The position numbers were made by a program, and so were the translations under genes. From Centroscyllium fabricii (taxonomy: Eukaryota): DNA of 64,000 nt. The DNA lies in contig JBNRSN020000026.1 of NCBI GenBank assembly GCA_051313645.2, positions 36,270,001 to 36,334,000 on the forward strand, given 5' to 3'. The notes beneath the pieces are model-generated. The model was not told the DNA's origin and did no database searches. It saw nothing but the letters and a program-made list of their open reading frames with translations. Position 1 is the first letter of the stretch, and each line of letters starts with the position of its first letter. Positions 49,701 to 62,480 of this stretch are shown here, piece after piece.

Positions 49701-51273
49701 TTGAATATAATCAATGACTGAGCCTCCACAGCCCTCTGGGGTAGAGAATCCCAAAGATTTACCACCCTCTGAAGAAATTTCTCTCTTCTCTGTCCTAAAT
49801 GGCCGAACCCTTATTCGGAGACTCAGTTCTAGATTTCTCAGCATTAAAACCATCAAACCCCTTAAGAATTTTGTGTTTCAATTAAATCACCTCTCATTCT
49901 TCCAATATAGGCCTAGTCTATTCAATCTCTCCTCATAGGGTACTCCCCCTCATCCTAGGAACCAGTCTCTCAAATCTTCACTGCACTCCCTCCAAGGCAA
50001 GTAGGTCTTTCCTTCAGTAAGGAGACCAGAACTGTACACAGTAGTCCAGGTGTGGCCTCACTTTCAGAAGGAGGTGGGTGGGAAATTGATGGGAGTCAAC
50101 TGGTTAGAAAATGAACAGCCATCAGCAAAGGAAAATCTCACACGAGTGCATCGTACAGACCAATTGAAAACCAAATCCCCCTCACCAGAGGATCAACAAA
50201 TGAAAGTGAACTTTTGCATGTAACTCATTAGTCAGTCTTGGACTACTTTCTGTACAAGATTTCTAAGTTTATGCTTTTGATATGCAGGGGAAACTTTAGC
50301 CCACTCATCAGCAATGTTCCCTCCAATTTTCTTTTGGGCTCGTGACCTTTAAACTTCTGCGCACGTACGGTTTTTCCCCATTGAGAAATCAGCAAACAGC
50401 CTGCACAAGAGTTTAAGACAGCTATGTGGCCACACAGCTGAACGGCCACACTGGTTTTACACCCTATCTGATTTTAGTCTCCATTGAAATGGAGAGCAAT
50501 ATTGGGAAGGGTGTATAAACCGACCTTCCACTCAAGCCAGTGGGGTTTCTCACCTGGGAAGTTAGATTAAAATTACCCCCAAAGAATCTACAGCCAGTTT
50601 AAACTGGAGCAAAATTAGTCAACAGTTTACAGTTTCTAGGTTAGTTTATGTAGTCACTGCCATTAGCCCAAGCTGAAGGTGAGGGGTCATTGAGAGTCTC
50701 TTCACTTCCACTTAAATTTTATGTCTTTCCTTCTAAACTCTAGGACTGTTGCTGGGGAAGAGGTGGGGAAGAGGTTTAAAGCTCAAACAGCACATCTATT
50801 AGTATAGGCACGATTTGTGCTGTAAATAATTAAAGGCTGCTTCAAAGTGGTGACGTTTTTAGGAAATCCTGCCCCTACCATGCAAAAGGCAAGTTCCTGT
50901 AGCCATGTGCTTAAACAAACAGGAACATTGCTGTGAATTCAGTGAAGAAAGCAATAAATCTGGCAAAGTGACCACAAAAGATAATGAATAGTCATTAAAA
51001 CCCCCAACTGGTTCAGGAACGGGAATCTGCCATCCCTACTCAGTCTGACCTACACATGCTCTTAAAATGCTTAGAGCAGAGAGGCTGGCAATAAAACAAA
51101 TTTAAAAAAAAAATTCACCTCTACCAAGCAGATCACCATCACACACTTTCTGTATTTGGACATCCATCATCATTCATGGTCACTGGGTCAAAATTCTTTA
51201 ATTCCCTATCTAACACTATTGCCACCACAAGGGATGCAGTGGTTTTAGGAAGACTGCAGCCACAAGGGATGCG

Positions 51274-51658
51274 CACAGAAACAAAGATAGGAGCAGGAGT
51301 CGGCCACTCGGCCCTTCGAGCCTGCTCCGCCATTCAATGAGATCATGGCTGATCATCCAAACCCAGCACCCCCCTCCTACCCTCTCCCGACACCCCCCAA
51401 CTCGAAGAACGATCACATACCCCACCCTATCCCCGTAACCCCACATATTTAATATCCCTAACACTAAGGGTCAATTTATCATGGCCAATCAACCTAACCT
51501 GCACATCTTTGGACTGTGGGAGGAAACCGGAGCACCCGGAGGAAACCCACGCAGACACGGGGAGAATGTGCAAACGCCACACAGATAGTCACCAGAGGCT
51601 GGATTTGAACCCGGGTCTCCAGTGCTGTAAGGCAACAGTGCTAACCACTGTGCCGCCC
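51274..51658 (-). mobile_element. HE1-like V-SINE with long CR1-type tail
   Basis: Same head, V-domain and tail as 688-1093. Confidence 0.85.
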
Positions 51659-51869
51659 GATGCAGTGGTTTAAGTATAAAATCACCACCTTATGGGCAAT
51701 GAGGATAGGCAATAAATTTAGAGTTGCCAGAATAATTTAAAAAGGAAAAGCAGCATGTAGCGCAATATCAAACAAACATTCAGAAAGCACATTTACAACA
51801 TTGCTACACAGACGAGTGTAATTCCTCCAATTCAGTATTCTAGTGGTTGACTAGAGTAATATTATTTAC

Positions 51870-51959
51870 CATAAAGTATGATTTTTCCCATTGGTTTGAG
51901 CAAATTAAAGCCTTTATTCGTGTCACCTCCTCCCAGAGGATCCAGAACGATGTTAACAC
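51870..51959 (-). CDS. VAT1: VAT1 coding exon (90 nt; absent from the ORF track)
   Basis: ttttttag|GT...TAT G|gtaaat; encodes GVNIVLDPLGGGDTNKGFNLLKPMGKIILYG; phase 1/1. Confidence 0.93.
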
Positions 51960-52419
51960 CTAAAAAAAGTTGGGTGTTGTGAGGGGGGGGGGGAAAAAAA
52001 AAAAAAGAAAGAGAAAGTGAAAACAAGTCCAACACAGTAAAGTTTTAGTAGTTAAACCATGGTAATTAGTTCCACTACAGCAATTGATAAAACATTGAGC
52101 CACAATTTAATTAACTAAGCAAATAAAATCAATGGATTGATGCAAGCTAATATTTTAATAAAGGAAACATGGAAAAGATCAGTAATGAATCCAAAATTTT
52201 TATTTCAGATGCTACGGGATGCCAAGTTAATCACATCCCGGCAAGACTTATCGATATTATTCTGTCCAGTACAGTACTTAATTTAAACAGGCCTTCTGGT
52301 GGTGAAGATGCCCAGGTACACTGTTAAGACATGAAGCACAGGATGCCTAAACATGTCAGTCAACTTTAATTACTACTTCCAGCCAACTAATTTCATTTCT
52401 CCTCTTTCCACGCCATTAC

Positions 52420-52590
52420 CATTGGGGGAGATCTTTCGAACTTCTTCAACATAGTCCAAGGTGGAGTAGTCAATTGGATGAGTCACACCATGTTCTTTGA
52501 GGGTGTCATGTTTAGATGCCAAAGCAGTGCCAAAGATGGTCACATCTTTAACTATCTTACACAGTTGGGTTGCAGCAGTCCCCACACCAC
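52420..52590 (-). CDS. VAT1: VAT1 coding exon (171 nt; nucleotide-binding AAGGVG region)
   Basis: gttgcag|GT...AAT G|gtaatg; encodes GGVGTAATQLCKIVKDVTIFGTALASKHDTLKEHGVTHPIDYSTLDYVEEVRKISPNG. Confidence 0.94.
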
Positions 52591-54082
52591 CTGCAACAGG
52601 CAACACAAGAAAATCCATCAGTAGCTACCAAACTTTTCAGTGGACTTAAATGGCGAATATAGGCACAGTTATGAAGACTGGATTAAGACCGCCATTTTGT
52701 ACAAAAGCCCTCAAGGGATCCTAGAAAGGAAACAATCACATGCCACCCCACACCAAGAATTTGAGTTCCAAATCTTTTTTCTGCAGAACAGTAATCGCAT
52801 CATTAGCTCTTGGACAGCTAACATTACAACAAAATGAAGTCAAACAAGGTTACAATGGAGTTCAAAGGCACGATGCTTCAAGTAGTCATTCCTTACAATT
52901 CTAATTCAACTTTCTGCCACACTGCATCTTTCTAGTTTGGCTGTGCCAATTCATAGAATATATCCGGAGAATAAAATCACAACAGTTCCAATAATAACAG
53001 TAGTTTACAGAGTTGTAGTATTAGTAGGCAGAAGGGAATTTTTGGAAAGGCATTGGGACATTCTTTGCTTCCTCAGTGATGGGGGAAGTAGAGTGTGAGA
53101 TGGGGGAAAAGACAAACAAGCACCATTTCTTCTGTAAATTTAAGACAGGTTGTTCAGCATTGCACGGTTTGGCTGATCATTTGAAACTGACAAAATACCT
53201 TTTGTAAAGGGCGCCATTGGAATCAGTGAGGTTATTCGGAATCAGTGAGGTTATTCAAGAGTAGAATCAAAACTGAAGCCAGAATCTTGGCCAAGTACAA
53301 GCCTGCTTTTAATTAGAGTTTTAAGCAATTCCCTAACCAAGCGGTTGGTCAACCTGCTCACAGGCCTCTGGAGAAATAGCACTTCGGAGACTGGTAGGAC
53401 ATCAACGCTTTTGTTTGTAAAAAGGGCACCAACCATTCATTTCCCCCCTTGTTCGCTAAAAGGGCAACAACCAACCATTCATTCCCCGCCCCCCTACCGA
53501 GTTTGTAGAAAGCATAGACCCAGAGGCTCTGAACCATTACACTGAGGCTGGAACCAGATGGGATTAGATTTTAAATGAAGAGTTTAGTGAGCAGGACATT
53601 AACAAAACCTTGACTAAATTTAGTTCAACCAAAAAGAGTGCAAGTCTAGTTTGGATTTTACTGGCCAAATTAAGTGATTTCACCCAGGTCCAATAAATGA
53701 TTATTAGTTAAGCGAAGTGGCTGAGATTAAAGTTAATGATGGTGAAGAAAAGGTGGCGAGTTGGGAGAGGACAGGGCTTGATCAGCACTAAACAAATATC
53801 AAAAATTTCAAAAACTTGCACTTGCAAATTAAGTTGGTTTTGATAAATTAGCCCAGATGTTTTGCTGCAAATGGGAGGCACAAACACAAAGACTGCCTTT
53901 TGATACTGAAATTGCAATGATATGTTGGGCAGTTAAATGTTATTGGTAATTTCCGCCACATTCCAATTGAATAAAGTGGATATAATTTGCGTCGAGGTTT
54001 AACTGACAGTTCTGGTCAAGTTGCAGAGTGGAACCACTGGGGTCATATTCAACATAGACTGGAGCTACTTTAATGGGAACCA

Positions 54083-54117
<35 letters not shown>

Positions 54118-55023
54118 CCACACTGTCACACACACACCACAAAGACAGAACATTCCTACATTACGACAGCACCACAAAAAATACACTTCATGGCAATAAA
54201 GCACTTTGGGATGTCGAGGTTGTGAAAGGCGCTATATAAATGCAAGTCCTTTTCCTATTGTAACGCATCAAAGATATATACACCATCGCTATCACTTGGT
54301 TACGTGGAGGAAGTGACGGAGTTCTTCTCTTCTAAACGCCCCCTCCCACCCAATAAGTTTTGCCAAGCATTTGCCCACCCCCCCCCCCCCACCCCATGAA
54401 GTTCCTGCGCCTCTAATCCTGGAAAACACCATGGCCTTGAACTCCTTGTGGAACAGCCATTTGTTCAGGAAAGACTTTATGGTCTTTTTCCTTAATGGCA
54501 TCCACCCAAGAATTTGTTTAAAATCTAACTCCAACATACATACCACAATCCATTACAACAAATGTCACCAACCTTCTACTAAAAATTAACATTCATCAAA
54601 TCAGTCCTCAAGGACATTAATTTCTAGTTTTGATCTTAAGTTGCCCATACACAAACCGCTATTTAAATTAAAGCAACAAAAAAAAAACCACTACGTAATT
54701 CCCACCCCACTCTCAGCTTAATGGTGTATTATTTCCAAGAACAGGTCAATGGTCATTTTCACTCAGATGTGATAAACAATTGGGATTTCGGGCTGGAATA
54801 GCATTAGTCCCGGTGTCGCCTGATTGTTGGTTTTATTAAAGAGGTCACCATCCTGTTGGAAGCAGCAACGTGCATCAATTAGGTCACAATTTCCATGCAA
54901 AATCAGTCATTTATAAACTGTTTCTTTGCCTTCCACCATGAAGCTTTTCACCCAGCTCTACCTTTTCAGTTCCCTCTTCCCTTAAATGCAGCAATTCCAA
55001 GGGAAACAGTGGACAGACTCGTA

Positions 55024-55272
55024 CAGATCAGACACCATTAATCGGGCACCGGCAGGACCAGCCTGGTCCCGGACTAGTGAGAAATCCGAACGATTGAAGC
55101 TTCGGCGAGCGCATGCGCAGACCATTCAAAATGGCCAGCACGCATGCCGGCAGCCATTTCGAATAGTCTGCACATGCACTCGAAGCATCAATCGCTCGGG
55201 GAGCGGCTCGGGGAGCGGCCCAGGCATGCGCAGCGGCCATTTTGCACATGTGCAGACCAGTCGGCCGGATTT
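55024..55272. mobile_element. Truncated TcMar MITE, family A
   Basis: TA|CAGATCAGACACCATTAATC terminus; the interior is the reverse complement of 35696-36083; the second TIR is missing. Confidence 0.7.
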
Positions 55273-56315
55273 GTTCGTCACACACACAGTTCCTCTCCCT
55301 GTTCTGGGGAGACAGGGCCATTTATAGGGCCCTCACCTTATTGCTACCTGGTAGATGTCAGCCAGACAGTGGGTCAAAATAAAAAGTGAATGTACAAGAA
55401 CATTTATGGCTAAAACACAGGTTAATGTTTTAGCTATACCCCCCAATAGGGGAGGAATCCATTCTCCAGCCCCAATTTTCTTTTCACTGGATGACTGTAC
55501 CCACTTACTTCCAACCCACATTTTGGAACCAATTCTCAGTTTCTGTCTTTCAAGAGAGATTTATTAGGAGCAAACCTATACTCTATATAGCTTGTTTCAT
55601 TGTCCCATTCCACTTACTTAATGAAAAGATTACATTGCTCTTCCCACATCACTAGCCAGGGTCTCAAATGCCCAGATTTTAAATTGCTCCACCATTGGCA
55701 ACTATGCCTTCAGCTGCCTAGGCCAAGCTCTGGAATGCCCTCCCTAAACATCTGCATTTTTACCTCTTTCCCCTCCCCCCCCCCCCCCCCCCCCACCCTT
55801 CACCTCCTTAAAACCTACCTGTGATCACGCTCCTGTCCTTGTATCCCTTAGGTGACTCAAATTTTGTTTTGATAACGCTGCTGTGAAGCACCTTGGGACG
55901 CTTTACTATGTTAAAGGCACTATAGGAATGCAAGTTGTTGTTGTAGGCAGACACCAATGTAGTACTGAGGGAGTGCTGCATTGTCAGAGGCGCCATAAAA
56001 GACAGAGTCTCCATCTACCTGCTCTGGTAGATGTAAAAGATCACCACTATTTGAAGTGCGGGGAACATTTCCTGTTCTTGGCACCTGTCCCTCAACTAAC
56101 ACCATTCTTCACCGTGCAATAGCTTGGAGGTTTTGTTATGTTCAATTATGAAATCTCACTCCTTGGGTCACTGGTGCAGAACATTATTTACACCAAGGAA
56201 TTTGGTTAGAAATTGTAGGTTACAAATGTGTTTGAAGATGCAAAGCAAATATCCTACTGTATACACAAAACTCTAACCATGGAGAAACATTAGACAGTCA
56301 GACAAGAGCTCTTAC

Positions 56316-56523
56316 CAGCTGCCATATGGATGAGAATACTCTGACTGGGACGCAGATTTGCAAAGTCGTAGATCATCATATATGCAGTAACATAATTGAC
56401 AGGGATAGCAGCTGCCTCTTCAAAACTCATCCCATCAGGCATCAGGAAGGTACGATTGACTGGAATTACAACCAGCTCTGACCACATTCCTCCCTTGTTC
56501 ATCAGAATTACCTTGTCACCAAC
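56316..56523 (-). CDS. VAT1: VAT1 coding exon (208 nt; most 5' exon inside the window)
   Basis: tctcttcag|GTT...GCT G|gtaag; encodes VGDKVILMNKGGMWSELVVIPVNRTFLMPDGMSFEEAAAIPVNYVTAYMMIYDFANLRPSQSILIHMAAG. No N-terminal exon found in 56524-64000. Confidence 0.94.
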
Positions 56524-56621
56524 CTGAAGAGAAACACAGTTAGTCAGGGATAGACTTGTGCAAACAGCCGATAGCTTAAAGTTAAAGCACAGCATTGCAT
56601 TCTTTTGAAGAAGCCAAAGTT

Positions 56622-56860
56622 CAGGAAACTTTTTTTATCCGGCACCGACAGGACCGGCGTGGTGCCGGTTGATCAAAAAGTCCGGATTACAGAGAGGTCT
56701 GCTTAACAAGGTACGAGAGCCCCGTACACAGCCACAGATGCAGGAACCCCGGTTACACGGCTACTAAGACTATAGTAAAACTAACCTGAATGTATTCCTG
56801 AATTTTGCCGGTTAAGAGAGATTTCCGAATATTTAGGTGCCAGTTAAAAAAAGTTTCCTG
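56622..56860. mobile_element. TcMar MITE, family B
   Basis: CAGGAAACTTTTTTTATCCGGCACC...GGTGCCAGTTAAAAAAAGTTTCCTG|TA. Confidence 0.75.
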
Positions 56861-57292
56861 TATATAGAGCCTGTTCATTTCTGAACCCAGATGTTCGATT
56901 ACTACCTACAACTCACTATAACCCTGCCAGCAATTATACTTATTTTATGTTGACTCAATTAGACAGTTATTTGATCATTTTCATCTACGCAATTAGAAAG
57001 TTTGAGTGCGCCATCATTCGCCAGATATTTAAACTTCAAAAGCATCTTAAAGACACAATAAAAGGTGTGCCCTTTGCAACTGGAGCTGAAAATTCAGGCA
57101 ATCTGTACACTTCCTTCAACAAGCATTAAAAACTTGGATTTCAGGGTCCATTTCAAATCTCAGGGGTCCATTTCAAATCTCTCCGGGATTGCCTTAAAAA
57201 AAGACAGGCTAAGCTAATTGCTAAACATTACAACTGCGCTCCAGAGCTCTGATTACCAGTGACCAATGTCACAGATCAGCTACAAATGACAC

Positions 57293-57876
57293 GGCACGGT
57301 GGCATAGTGGTTAGCACTGTTGCCGCACAGCGCTAGAGACCCAGGCTCAAATCCGGCCTCGGGTACTATCTGTGTGGAGTTTGCACATTCTCCCCGTGTC
57401 TGCGTGGGTTTCCTCCGGGTGCTCCGGTTTCCTCCCACAGTCCAAAGATGTGCAGGTTAGGTTGATTGGCCATGATAAATTAACCCTTAGTATTAGGGGG
57501 ATTAAATATGTGGGGGTTACGGGGATAGGGTGGGATATGTGTCGGTGCAGGCTCGATAGGCCGAAGTGGCCTCTATCTGCACTGTAGGGATTCTATGACA
57601 CATTCTCCCCGTGTGTTTCCTCCCACAGTCCAAAGATGTGCAGGTTAGGTTGATTGGCCATGATAAATTGGCCAATTGACCCTTAGTGTTCGGGGGATTG
57701 AATATATGGGGTTACGGGGATAGGGTGGGATATGTGTCGGTGCAGGCTCGATAGGGATGGAGGGATATGGGGACAAGGTGCTGGGTTTGGTTGATCAGCC
57801 ATGATCTCATTGAATGGCGGGGCAGGCTCAAAGGGCTGAATGGCCTAGTCCTGCTCCTATCTTCTATGTTTCTATG
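57293..57876 (+). mobile_element. HE1-like V-SINE plus tandem 5'-truncated second unit with a different tail
   Basis: The full SINE 57293-57597 ends TCTGCACTGTAGGGATTCTATG. The second unit 57598-57876 restarts inside the V-domain and ends with the long CR1-type tail. Confidence 0.85.
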
Positions 57877-58471
57877 ACACTAGTGATAAGGGAAGCAGTT
57901 AAGTGAAAGGGAAAGGGGAGAAATTTCCGAGGCTACTTCTGCATGGTCTTAAAGCACAAGATGTGGCAACAAGGAACACAATGCCAGTACTACACGGTTC
58001 ACCCATTATACTTTCTAGGAGCTTGCAGCATTTCAAACATTTTCCTTTAAATGTTTTGTCACAACTTATGCACGACAGAGAAAGTACATAGTGATCTGTG
58101 ACAGAACAGCAGCACCTATCCTCCAGTCCCTGTGGTGCCCCACCCGGTCGCAGAAGGGGTCAAGTGTACCAGTCGACACCGCGTGCTCCTTCCCCAGGGC
58201 CACCCGGACGCAGATAAGGCCACGGAAGAGCAGCAGGCAGCCAGTGACTGCCTCCAAGGGGCCATCTTCAACCAGACATGGGAGACAATAATGAGGTTTA
58301 TAACTTTAATTTTAAAAAAAACTTTGAAAAGGGAAGAGTTAAGCGGTTTTAGTTGCATTGGGGACATGGTCAGCCATGGCTCAGTGGGTAGCACTCACCG
58401 GAGAAGGTTGTGGGATCAAGTCCCACTCACGATTGGAGCACAAAAATCTAGGCTGACACTCCAGTGCAGTA

Positions 58472-58787
58472 CAGGGAACTCTTATCCGGCATAGACAGGA
58501 CTGACGTGTTGCTGGTTTATCAAAAAGTCCAGATTACAGAGAGGTATAGTAAAAGGCACGAGAGCCCCGTACACAACAAATCCAGGCGTCCCTGTAGGTG
58601 GAGGAACCCCGGCCGCAAGATCAGGTGTCCCGGTTGCTTAGCAACAGGTGCAGCAACCCCGGTTTCATGGCCACAGATCTGGGAATGGCCACTAATATGA
58701 AGTAAAACTATGTGAACCTACTCCTGAATTTTGCCAGTTAACAGAGATCGCCAGTTATTTAGGTGCTGGTAAAGTGAGAGTTTCCTG
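58472..58787. mobile_element. TcMar MITE, family B, inserted into a DeuSINE (~58370-58830)
   Basis: TA TSD; removing the MITE restores CCAGTGCAGTACTGAGGGAGTGCTGCA of the Deu domain. Confidence 0.8.
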
Positions 58788-59071
58788 TACTGAGGGAGTG
58801 CTGCAGTCTTTCAGAGGAGATGTTAATCCCAGGCAACCCAGTCAGTGTCTCCTTATAGATTTAAAGAAAAGGAAACACCTATCCTGGGTGGCCAGATATC
58901 TTTTTAGCTTTGAAAGATGATCCAAGCCATGTTCCACTCAGTGTTCTATTGGGGCTTCACTGGATTGCTATAGATGCAGATAAAGCACCAGGGATCATGA
59001 ACATCTGACAGGATCAAATCCTACCCAATGGAAGAAATCAATAGCATTAGTATATAGAGAAATATGCTATA

Positions 59072-59218
59072 CAGGTTGAGCACCGGTAATCCGGCACCCT
59101 TGGGACCAGGCTGGTGCTGGACCACTGAAAATTCCAAACCAGCGAAGGTTCAGGGGAGCGCACGTGTAGAACACTCCCGGGAGGGAGCCCGGGGAATAGA
59201 ACACTTGCAAGCCTTAAA

Positions 59219-59259
<41 letters not shown>

Positions 59260-59394
59260 AACGGCCGACACCTTCGGCACTCACTCACCCTTCGCAGGAA
59301 ACAGTGGCGCCACTGAAAGACCGCCGGTTTCGATTCGTGCCAGACCACTGAAGGTGCCGGACCATCAGATGCCGGATTACCGGCGCTCAACCTG
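59072..59394. mobile_element. TcMar MITE with family-A-like TIRs but a different interior
   Basis: TA|CAGGTTGAGCACCGGTAATCCGGCA...TGCCGGATTACCGGCGCTCAACCTG|TA. Confidence 0.85.
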
Positions 59395-59841
59395 TACTGG
59401 TAGCCCTGATTATACAGCTACAACATGCTGACGGACCAATAGTCTGTAGCATAGTGTGATAAGATGTAGTCAGTCATTCACATGATTCCCTCCACGTGGC
59501 TAGTGGCTAATCTCAGACAAGACTATAGAAGGATGTGAGAAAGTTAACCCCACTTAGCTCAGCATTAGCTCCCCCACCCCCCAAATAGCAAATTCATCCA
59601 CAATTCAGAGTATCCTGAAGCAGTTAAGTGCATTACTGCAAAAGGAAAGAGACTTTTTCTTCCCCCCCCCCCCACCTCCCCTCCCCCAAGATGATGATAG
59701 ATGTTTAGTGATGCCGACACTATACCACTTTAGTTTGTAGAGATTTCTTCCAAACCTAAAAAGAACCAACATCTGTTCACAGCAACAAGTTTGCAATAAC
59801 GAACTGGCTCACTTGGGCAGATATCCTTTGTAAAATAAGGG

Positions 59842-60092
59842 TGTGATGAACCTTGGTGTGGTTCACACTGTACGGTTATTGTATATAGTTTTATTTAATG
59901 TGTTTGTTATATATCTGTACCTTTCTGTAAGGACCTGTACCGGCTGACCCCACCTCTGGGTACTAGTATAAAGGAGAATGCTCCGCCCACTTATCTCATT
60001 CCGGGCAGGCTCATCGGGGACACGGTTCAGGTCCTTGTGAATAAAAGCCACTTATTTAAGAACTCGCTGCTGTCTTGATTTGAGGCATCTCA
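59842..60092 (+). mobile_element. Solo LTR
   Basis: Termini TGTGATG...CATCTCA; 5-bp TSD AAGGG (59837-59841 and 60093-60097); internal TATAAA (~59967) then AATAAA (~60040). Confidence 0.8.
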
Positions 60093-60862
60093 AAGGGAAA
60101 CTCATTTTTGCAAAGAGGGTGAAAAAAACATTTTAAACTTAAGATCAATTATATTTTACACAACTCCTAGTCTCATCTCCCTGCTCGGGTCATTATTGAC
60201 TACTTAAGATGCAGATTCTGCGATACAATCTATTTTAACAAGCAATTTCTCTTAATTAAGCACTGCTGAATCCAAACAATGAATTGTATGGATTACAGAA
60301 CCTAGCAGAGTTTTCAGTATGTTAATTTTTACACGCTCAAGTCAAGAAAGCTCTTTTAAGAAAGTTAGCTAGTGTCTCACATCTCAAAAAAAGGTTGAAA
60401 TATCTTCGTTCAGCACAGGAATCTTTTTTAAATCTGTCCTACAGGTTTCCTTCAGGATTTAAAAAATCATATATGCCCATTTTGTTTTCTTCAGGCCCTT
60501 TTAATTGCTCAGCAATGGCCAAGCAATTTTGTTGAACCTTTCTGCTGCCTTTGTCCCATGCATGGTGAACAAAACTGCACAGGATTCCACATTTGCTTTC
60601 ACCAAGACATCAGCCTCACTGCATTAGGCCACTGAATCCTCTACCGTCACCTCATCTTGCTCAATACATTCCTGGCATTTTGCAATCATACAAAAACCTC
60701 CCAGTTTTACCAATAACCGTCTCATTGATAGTAAAATACAAATACCACATCTTTTCTGCTTCCATTGCTCTGCCAACCCATTTATTACTGTCATCTTCAG
60801 AAGCAAATCATTTAAATACTTCACTATACCAAAACTCAACTGGCCTCATTTCAGTCTTAAGA

Positions 60863-61250
60863 GAAACATAGAAGATAGGAGCAGGAGTCGGCCATTCTGC
60901 CCTTCGAGCCTGTTCCACCATTCAATGCGATCATGGCTGATCATCCAAACCCAGTACCCTATCCCTGCCTTGTCCCCACATCCCTCGATCCCCATCAAGC
61001 CTGCACTGACACATATCCCACCCTATCCCCGTAACCCCACATATTCAATCCCCCTAACACTAAGGGTCAATTTATCATGGCCAATCAACCTAACCCGCAC
61101 ATCTTTGGACCGTGGGAGGAAACCGGAGCACCTGGAGGAAACCCACACGGGGAGAATGTGCAAACTCCAGAGTTAGTACCCGAGGCTGGATTTGAACCCG
61201 GGTCTCGAGCTGTGAAGCAACAGTGCTAACCACTATGCCACCGTGCCACC
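60863..61250 (-). mobile_element. HE1-like V-SINE with long CR1-type tail
   Basis: Same structure as 688-1093. Confidence 0.85.
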
Positions 61251-62480
61251 CTCTTGCATCCATGTGCTCTGTTGAAATCGGTTAGGAAATTTGCCCAAGT
61301 TTTCCTTTTTGTTCATGAAAATGGATTTGATCTCACTTATATCTTTAATTCTTTCTCCTTCCCCAATATGAATTTCACCCCCCCCCCACCCCCCCCCAAT
61401 TACTAGTGGTGTACTTTAAATTCCTGTACCTGTATCAGCATTAGGTGTCCATATAAATTTTCCACTTCAGATGATACACACATGTCTTAGTACACACAAT
61501 TGGTCTGCAGTGCATTGGTCTGCACAGTGCATTTCAAGAAGAATAGAAATATAAAAAATATATAATATTTTGCCTATCACAGGTAATTGCATGTGTGGAG
61601 TAGGGGCAGGGCAGATCGGGGTCATATTATGCAGAAGTTGCACCATGGCAGTGCAGGCTTGATGGACCAGATAGTCCTTCCCTGTCTTTCATTTTGGCAT
61701 GTTTGTACACACTTTCAATTGTGCGCACTTTCAATTAATTGCTCAATATGTAGAAATCCAGTTTTCTATAAAACTATTATTTTTCCTGCAGCAAGTAGCT
61801 CCCTTAAGGGTCCCACTATGATCAATATGAACCCTCCTCCTTGAGCTAAAGTTGGATTCCATGAACTCTAATCTTGCTCACATGCAGATAAAACAATGGG
61901 CGTTGAATGGAGACGGTAGCTCCCCTCATTGCCGTCCCCATGGCTAATTACCCCTAGAGGAGCTCAGCCATATAAAACATTGTGTGCCAAGTGACCTCAG
62001 TCTAAGCAGCAATACAGATATTACAATTGGTCTCGTGTCCCTGGGTTATTGAAGGGAAGGAGGGGGGGGGGGAGAAAGAAACTTCAGCCAGGTGACTGCT
62101 TCCAATGACTTCTGCTTTAAGCATAGGTGTATGGACAACAGGCAAGAAAATGACTGGCCTCCGCCAATTATCCTCTCCCAGTTGAATTGCCTGCCAACAG
62201 TGGTTTGTAAACTTCAGCTCATCTAGAACTCTGTTGCCCATATTCCATCCCACACAAGTCTCACTCATCAATCAGTCCTGTCTATGCTGACCTCCAATTC
62301 CAATCCTTCATAGCCTTGCCATCTCCTCTTGTCTCGTCCTACAACCCCACCCCTAGAACTCGCCATTCCTCAAACCCTGTCATCTTATGCATTTCTCCCC
62401 CACCCACCCTTTGTGGCCCTGCTGTCAGCAGTTAGCCCTCGTGCTCTGGAATTCCTTTCCCAAGCCCTCTGCCACCCTAA

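Noticed and set aside
21373-56523. VAT1L instead of VAT1
   Set aside because: The WWNKFS, AVCGYHLG and short ...GKVILVPEAKKTEN terminus match my recollection of VAT1; VAT1L has a longer acidic C-terminal tail.
48013-57182. Short 17-19 bp tandem duplications (48013-48049, 53219-53256, 57144-57182) as an array or CRISPR-like system
   Set aside because: They are unrelated two-copy slippage duplications without spacers, in a vertebrate genome.
57293-57365. tRNA genes at SINE heads (also 7398, 42297 and the minus-strand copies)
   Set aside because: The A/B boxes continue directly into SINE bodies with no complete cloverleaf or terminator.
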